DNA of 64,000 nucleotides from Gammaproteobacteria bacterium (GTDB lineage Bacteria; Pseudomonadota; Gammaproteobacteria; Legionellales; Legionellaceae): NCBI GenBank assembly GCA_030147855.1, contig JASBUO010000044.1, positions 1,678 to 65,677 of the forward strand, read 5' to 3'. Shown piece by piece: positions 58,822 to 64,000 of this stretch (position 1 is its first letter; each line of letters starts with the position of its first letter). The notes under the pieces were generated by a model. It saw only the letters and a program-made list of their open reading frames with translations, ran no database searches and was not told where the DNA came from. The position numbers and the translations under genes were made by a program.

Positions 58822-59925
58822 CTAGTTTTTCTGTAAATATTGCACGACAGCCCCTTCAGGAATAGCAGGCAACAGCATTTGTTCGGCTGCAGGAGATTTA
58901 TACTGACTCCAACTCCAACCATCCATGCCCAAGTAATAGGGGCTTTTTGCAATGGCTGTAATAATTGCCCTCGCCGCCTGCACATAGGCAAGCTGGGTAA
59001 TGCCTTCAGGCGTATAATCCTTAATCAATTTAAAATACGAAGGTGGGTTAGATGCGTCATACATACCATATTGATTAAACTCACCAAAGCTTGCAGCCCA
59101 TGGCACAACCAGTTTATAAGGAATTTTATAGGTTTGAGATGCCTTATTCATCGTAGTTAACATGCCCGTTACACTCGAGTGATATAACTGCATACTCGTT
59201 GGTGTCGGTGGATTCGTATCTTTGATATCATACCCCGACACAGCAGCAAATCCAACGTCACCAAATGCAGCCTTGACTTGGCTCCAGTTTTTTATTCTTC
59301 CAGGACTCAAAAAAGCACCAAACACACGCCCTTTAGGGTGGTTTGTATCCACACATGGGCTCTCTGCAAAGCGCTTTGTAATTTCGCTGTAAAATGCAAA
59401 TTGGCCGGGCACACTAATATCAAATGGCTCTAAGTCAAAAAACACGCCATCCGAGTTGGGGTCGTTGCACACCTGCTCAACCACCAAGTCTGCCACATTG
59501 GTGCCAACATCAGTATAAGTTAAAGCTTTGAGCAATGTGCTGCTTGTACTACCATCAATGATTGGCAACATAATGGCTTTAGGAAACGCGTTATGATACG
59601 CCTTAATTGAAGGCAAACCCGCGCTATAATAGACAAATGTATTCTTTTTAGGCCCCGCATAAATACAGTCACTCGGCCCTGTACAATATAGCTCGATGTC
59701 TCCCGCATAAGGATATAGGCAACTGATTTCTTTCCCTACAGCAGCCCCTGCATTAAAAGCAGTAATATTTGAAATCCAATGGCCTGGATCTTGTGTTTTC
59801 TTACCACTCGGCCCTGTCGAGCTGATATCATCGTATAATAAGGCACATCGACCATTCGATAAATGAATGGCCATTGCATCGAAAGAAAACATGAGCCCCA
59901 AGCAAAGCGTCATCTGTTTCAGCAT
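58822..59925 (-). CDS. secreted protein with GH18-like (chitinase / endo-beta-N-acetylglucosaminidase-like) TIM-barrel landmarks
   Basis: Signal peptide MLKQMTLCLGLMFSFDAMA, with ATG 59925 and the SD GAGGAG. In GH18 order it has LPIIDGSTS (like SxGG), SDGVFFDLEP (59425-59451, like DGxDxDxE but lacking the first DxD Asp), SGYDIKD (like xYD), and LGMDGWSWSQY (like GxMxW). Confidence 0.4.
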   Translation of the reverse strand: MLKQMTLCLGLMFSFDAMAIHLSNGRCALLYDDISSTGPSGKKTQDPGHWISNITAFNAGAAVGKEISCLYPYAGDIELYCTGPSDCIYAGPKKNTFVYYSAGLPSIKAYHNAFPKAIMLPIIDGSTSSTLLKALTYTDVGTNVADLVVEQVCNDPNSDGVFFDLEPFDISVPGQFAFYSEITKRFAESPCVDTNHPKGRVFGAFLSPGRIKNWSQVKAAFGDVGFAAVSGYDIKDTNPPTPTSMQLYHSSVTGMLTTMNKASQTYKIPYKLVVPWAASFGEFNQYGMYDASNPPSYFKLIKDYTPEGITQLAYVQAARAIITAIAKSPYYLGMDGWSWSQYKSPAAEQMLLPAIPEGAVVQYLQKN

Positions 59926-59945
59926 ACAAAGCTCCTCACCCAAGA

Positions 59946-60713
59946 TTAAGCGAAGTATTTATTCACCGTCACATTAAGCCCTTGCTCTAACAACTGCACG
60001 CGCTGTGTAAACGTGTTATAGAAGTTAGCCGTATCCGTTGCAAAATAGGTGGTCGGCATGGTTGTTTTAGGACTCACTACCAAATTATAAGACAAATCAA
60101 GCATAAATCGATGAGGCAGCATGTATTCAAAGCCAACTTGCCCTGCAACACCCCATACAACTTTGCTACGTGTTGTTTCAACATACTGAAAGGTTGTGGC
60201 AGTACTCGACAACAAGTTTCCACGAAGCTCCGTTTCAGCATCTGTAATTGAAGGGCCAACCCCCAAATAAACTAACCAGTTTGGGAAAAGTTGATAACCC
60301 GCATTTAAGGTAAGAAAAAATTCTTGCACTAACTCCGTTTGAAAAAACGCTTCTTGGTACGTGCCATTTTGATAAGTACCGGACCAAAATAAACCTGGAT
60401 GCTGCACGCCTAAATACTTGTACACTCCCTTAATACCCCAAAGCCAATCATCTTTAAAGTCAGCAAAATAACTTGCATTTGCAATAGGGCTTAGCGTGTC
60501 TTTGATATTGTCTTGTCGAAAAAACTCTGTAACAGCCGGAAACGTCGAAAACATCGTCGCATTCGTCCATTTGGTTAAGTTGGTATTTAAATATCCCCCT
60601 CCCACACCAAATAAAAGTCCTTCGAAATTTGCTTGCGGGGCACCCATAGTGCCAGCATAAGATGTATGAGAAAAAGCAAAAAGGCAGGCGTACACTGTGC
60701 GCTTTAACCACAT
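59946..60713 (-). CDS. outer-membrane beta-barrel protein (MOMP-like porin paralog)
   Basis: Signal peptide ending SYAGTMG, an aromatic-rich alternating pattern, and C-terminus VNKYFA. It is similar in N-terminus and layout to the ORF at 41926-42657. Confidence 0.6.
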   Translation of the reverse strand: MWLKRTVYACLFAFSHTSYAGTMGAPQANFEGLLFGVGGGYLNTNLTKWTNATMFSTFPAVTEFFRQDNIKDTLSPIANASYFADFKDDWLWGIKGVYKYLGVQHPGLFWSGTYQNGTYQEAFFQTELVQEFFLTLNAGYQLFPNWLVYLGVGPSITDAETELRGNLLSSTATTFQYVETTRSKVVWGVAGQVGFEYMLPHRFMLDLSYNLVVSPKTTMPTTYFATDTANFYNTFTQRVQLLEQGLNVTVNKYFA

Positions 60714-60849
60714 GGTCTATATCCTTATATCAGTTACCTCCATCAAACAGTGTATTCATCATGCCCGCTTAGAAAAGATAAAACAAGTAACAGTCCTAAG
60801 TTCTCAGAACAAACGCCCGCCCAGTTTACCCGGGTGGGCCTGGATAAAA

Positions 60850-61407
60850 TTACAGTGATGCAGTCAGTGACAAATAACAAAGTCCACTGGCATCAATCAC
60901 GTTTTCATCTAAACATTTATTGGCAAAAATACCCATGCCTTCAGATAACATAGTAGGCGCATCCACCAATTTCGGTTTGTCCGAATCAATGTGATTTTGA
61001 AGTGCACTAATACAATAGCTCGTCACAAATCCAAACATTGCAGATAGAAAAGGACCTGTAAACAAAGTCACTACAGAGGCAATAAAAATGGCCCAACTCA
61101 AGTAGTGCATCACAATACCTAAGACAGACTTACCATTTTTTTTAGAAGAGGACATCATCCCATCAGCAATACGGTTATAACGTTCTAATGACAGCTTTCT
61201 TTTTAACAAGTCATCCGTACTTTCAAGTGCCTCAACCAATCGTGCATCTGACTCTTCTTTTTTTTCTTTCAAAGCTTCAACTTTTTGAATAAAAGCAAGT
61301 GCCGACATTTTAACTGGATGTTCATCTCGAGCCTCTAATTGTTTCACTGTTTTTTTCAACGTAGCAAGCGCTACTGTATAAGCTGCGTCTAAGTTCCGAC
61401 CTGACAT
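60850..61407 (-). CDS. hypothetical protein: N-terminal coiled coil plus C-terminal bilobed hydrophobic hairpin
   Basis: ATG 61407 has the SD GGAGGGGG upstream. Two hydrophobic helices (VLGIVMHYLSWAIFIASVVTLF and FLSAMFGFVTSYCISAL) are separated by TGP. No signal peptide. Confidence 0.5.
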   Translation of the reverse strand: MSGRNLDAAYTVALATLKKTVKQLEARDEHPVKMSALAFIQKVEALKEKKEESDARLVEALESTDDLLKRKLSLERYNRIADGMMSSSKKNGKSVLGIVMHYLSWAIFIASVVTLFTGPFLSAMFGFVTSYCISALQNHIDSDKPKLVDAPTMLSEGMGIFANKCLDENVIDASGLCYLSLTASL

Positions 61408-61520
61408 GACCCCCTCCAAACTAAAGGCTTAATTAGTTCAAAAATTGAACCAATTATAGCATGTAAGCCCTTATTGGTCTACCTTTTGATCAGACAGTTT
61501 TTTTAAAAAAGGAACTCATA

Positions 61521-62780
61521 ATGATTGATCCCATGCAATATACCCCCAAAGGAGATAAAAAAAACTCAGACTATTTCAATGAATATCGTCTTAAAATTTA
61601 TGAACGCAGACAATCCTGTGGTCTCAATGATTTAATTGGTAATATGAGGGCAGTTATCGTTCAAGTACAAACGGGAGATGCATTCCTCTATTTACAAGAA
61701 CTATATGCAATGATGCCCTATCGTTGTTATAAAAATTTTATTTCTGATACACATCGTATTTATATTTTAAAAAACACTAAAAAATCACCTTTATTTATTG
61801 TCATGGAGCCGCTTGACCCAAACTTTGAAGATGATTTGGCACGTGTTAACTCTATGTATCCAAATGCACGCGAAAAATGCAATGCCCGCTATGTGGGCGA
61901 ACTCTTTCACTGTGAGAACTTAGTTGAAACCCGAAAAATATTAGAGAGTCATGACTTCCATTTTCAAGACTCAAACCGCATTAAAAATAAATTTTTTGTG
62001 AATCCATTGTTTGCCTTTACACGTATGTCAGATCACACCTTTAACAGCCTTGGTTATGTAGAAAAGGACCTACTCAACCCTGAAACATTTGAACTAGGCC
62101 AGCCTTTTAGCCTAACTCAAGCACAACAAGAAGCGCTCGATGAAATTGATGCATTTTCGAAAACCAGTGGTATTAAACCTCTCATGAAAGGCATTGACCA
62201 TTTAGCAACTCGCATTCTAGCAGGTGAGCGTGAAGACGCCATTTTAGAATTTTTATGCCTCAGCAATTACTATTTTTGGGGTGCTTACAATATTGGTGAT
62301 ATGAACTCATCGACCAACGTCAACCGTGTCCCTAGCGGACATGATATTGAATCTCCCGCAAAAGTATTTACTGCTAACAACACGCCCTTTATGGTGAACT
62401 CTTTTGAAAAAAGACCGATGCCTACTGAAAACTTTGTTCGAAACTACGGGCGTCGTATGCATCATATTGCCATTGAGATTGCTGATGGAGATCACAGTAC
62501 CACTATGAAAAATCTCGACTTTGTGATTAAAGTGTTACGTGAACAAATGTACATCGGTTTTTTGGCTAAAATATTTGGTGAATGCAAAGATGAACCTGAC
62601 TTAAAACAGATTTTCTCAAAACATTCATCCCTTTCCCTACTCATCACTGAATACGTTGAACGCTGTCATCAATTTGATGGCTTTTTTACTAAACAAAATG
62701 TCGCTGCGCTCACTGAGGCAGCAAGCCTTGACGAAGAAGTCAAAGCACATCATCTTAACAAAGGCATTGTGGGTGACTAA
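61521..62780 (+). CDS. VOC-superfamily (glyoxalase / 4-HPPD-like) protein with a long N-terminal extension
   Basis: GIDHLATRILAGEREDAILEF and RRMHHIAIEIADGDH resemble paired VOC metal-binding modules. The family call is tentative. Confidence 0.35.
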   Translation: MIDPMQYTPKGDKKNSDYFNEYRLKIYERRQSCGLNDLIGNMRAVIVQVQTGDAFLYLQELYAMMPYRCYKNFISDTHRIYILKNTKKSPLFIVMEPLDPNFEDDLARVNSMYPNAREKCNARYVGELFHCENLVETRKILESHDFHFQDSNRIKNKFFVNPLFAFTRMSDHTFNSLGYVEKDLLNPETFELGQPFSLTQAQQEALDEIDAFSKTSGIKPLMKGIDHLATRILAGEREDAILEFLCLSNYYFWGAYNIGDMNSSTNVNRVPSGHDIESPAKVFTANNTPFMVNSFEKRPMPTENFVRNYGRRMHHIAIEIADGDHSTTMKNLDFVIKVLREQMYIGFLAKIFGECKDEPDLKQIFSKHSSLSLLITEYVERCHQFDGFFTKQNVAALTEAASLDEEVKAHHLNKGIVGD

Positions 62781-62830
62781 AAATGATAATTATTTAGCCG
62801 ATGAATTTTATACTGCTGATAACACAAACC

Positions 62831-62859
62831 TTGACTCTATGCGAACCTACGACTAAAAT
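62831..62859 (+). promoter_or_regulatory. candidate sigma70 promoter of rpsU-yqeY-dnaG
   Basis: TTGACT (62831-62836), a 17-nt spacer, then TAAAAT (62854-62859). It lies about 50 nt upstream of the rpsU ATG. Confidence 0.5.
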
Positions 62860-62911
62860 GCAGGCCTTATTGTGATTCATTTACATATTTTTTAGACTAG
62901 AGGACCCCTGA

Positions 62912-63136
62912 ATGCCTACAGTTCGCGTCAAAGAAGGCGAAAACCCAGAGTATGCGCTCCGTCGTTTTAAACGTTCTTGTGAAAAAGCTGGAATTTTAAC
63001 AGAATTACGTCGTCGTGAATTTTATGAAAAACCAACGGCTGAACGTAAGCGTAAACAAGCAGCTGCTGTGAAGCGTCATTTGAAAAAAATTGCGCGTGAA
63101 ACTATCTCTAAAAAAGTTAACAAACGTCGACGTTAA
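62912..63136 (+). CDS. rpsU: 30S ribosomal protein S21
   Basis: [48 protein letters not shown]. Confidence 0.95.
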   Translation: MPTVRVKEGENPEYALRRFKRSCEKAGILTELRRREFYEKPTAERKRKQAAAVKRHLKKIARETISKKVNKRRR

Positions 63137-63138
63137 TA

Positions 63139-63582
63139 ATGAGTCTTAAAGCCCGTATTAATACTGATCTAAAAGAAGCAATGCGTGCGCGTGATATGCG
63201 TACCGTCCGTGCGCTTCGTTTAATTACGGCTGCTATTAAACAAATTGAGGTGGATGAGCGTATCGAGCTTGATGATGCCCGTATGCTTGCCCTCCTCGAT
63301 AAACTTGCAAAACAGCGGCAAGAATCTATCGCACAATACCAAAAAGCAGACCGAGTAGATCTTGTAGAACAGGAAGGCTTCGAGCTATCCTTGATTAAGC
63401 AATACTTACCTAAACCACTTTCTGAAGCAGAAGTAGATGCGCTTATTACCGAAGCCTTCTATGAAACAGGCGCTCAGTCTATGCGTGATATGGGAAAAAT
63501 TATGGCCTATCTAAAATCGCGTATTCAAGGTCGCGCCGATATGGCAGCTATTAGCGCTTTGATTAAAGCTAAACTGCATTGA
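63139..63582 (+). CDS. yqeY: GatB/YqeY domain-containing protein
   Basis: MSLKARINTDLKEAMRARD...AIKQIEVDERIELDD is typical of the YqeY family. It holds the conserved position between rpsU and dnaG. Confidence 0.85.
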   Translation: MSLKARINTDLKEAMRARDMRTVRALRLITAAIKQIEVDERIELDDARMLALLDKLAKQRQESIAQYQKADRVDLVEQEGFELSLIKQYLPKPLSEAEVDALITEAFYETGAQSMRDMGKIMAYLKSRIQGRADMAAISALIKAKLH

Positions 63583-63621
63583 AATTCTAAAATACCAACC
63601 AGCAGACGTAGGGATGATGCT

Positions 63622-64000
63622 ATGAGTGGCTTAATTCCGCAGCAATTTATTGACGAGCTACTTGCAAAAACTGATATCGTAACGTTCATTGACAGTTATG
63701 TCCCTCTCAAAAAACAAGGGACAAGTCATGCAGCCTGCTGCCCATTTCATGATGAAAAAACACCTTCTTTTAATGTTATTGCAAAAAAACAGTTTTATCA
63801 CTGCTTTGGGTGTGGTGTGAGTGGCAATGTCATTAGCTTTGTAATGAGTTACCTAAACCAAGATTTCCCCACAGCTATCGAAACACTGGCAGCACGAGCA
63901 GGTCTTGAGGTACCTCAAGCTACACAAACCAAACAATCACACACCAAAAGCCTTCCTTTATATGAGCTACTCAGTCGTGTCACTTTGTTTTATCAAAAAA
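63622..64000 (+). CDS. dnaG: DNA primase, 3'-truncated by the window edge
   Basis: Not in the ORF track because there is no stop in the window. My translation is MSGLIPQQFIDELLAKTDIVTFIDSYVPLKKQGTSHAACCPFHDEKTPSFNVIAKKQFYHCFGCGVSGNVISF, which carries the CHC2 zinc finger. Confidence 0.9.
   Translation, partial: MSGLIPQQFIDELLAKTDIVTFIDSYVPLKKQGTSHAACCPFHDEKTPSFNVIAKKQFYHCFGCGVSGNVISFVMSYLNQDFPTAIETLAARAGLEVPQATQTKQSHTKSLPLYELLSRVTLFYQK

Overview
This is a 64-kb chromosomal segment from a Gram-negative bacterium, almost certainly a gammaproteobacterium. It carries E. coli-like gene blocks: mlaFEDCB-ibaG-murA, kdsD-kdsC-lptC-lptA-lptB, hslVU, dapDE and rpsU-yqeY-dnaG. Several features suggest a Legionellales-type intracellular lifestyle, but this is inference only: a Sel1-repeat lipoprotein, two porin paralogs that I recall as Legionella-MOMP-like, a degenerate type IV minor-pilin cluster, and several orphan secreted or membrane proteins. 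I call about 55 protein genes. By eye I found no rRNA, tRNA, CRISPR array, transposase or integrase. The standout is one uninterrupted 12,402-nt ORF (5063-17464, 4,133 aa). It has an N-terminal module with a candidate papain-like Cys/His/Asp arrangement and a Pro/Ser/Thr linker, then a long non-repetitive region and a complete P-loop SF2-like ATPase motif set (GGGKST, DEVH, SGT, TTGTD, QGTMRMR). It ends with about 17 tandem ~42-aa helical repeats and a Lys-rich, hydrophobic C-terminal tail. From memory the ATPase motifs resemble the eukaryotic DUF3638/DUF3645 giant-protein family, which would make this a eukaryote-like effector candidate. I could not verify that here. Secondary observations:
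- a short palindromic repeat family sitting just after stop codons, with at least 4-5 copies
- a secreted GH18-like protein
- a coiled-coil protein with a bilobed hydrophobic hairpin
- an acidic-tailed orphan ORF
- a synteny break after lptB
- an orphan intrinsic terminator between mlaF and phr
- recurrent 8-nt ATGnnTAR gene overlaps
Many ORF-track starts are TTG/GTG extensions. I trimmed them using homolog N-termini, Shine-Dalgarno sequences and stop/start coupling.
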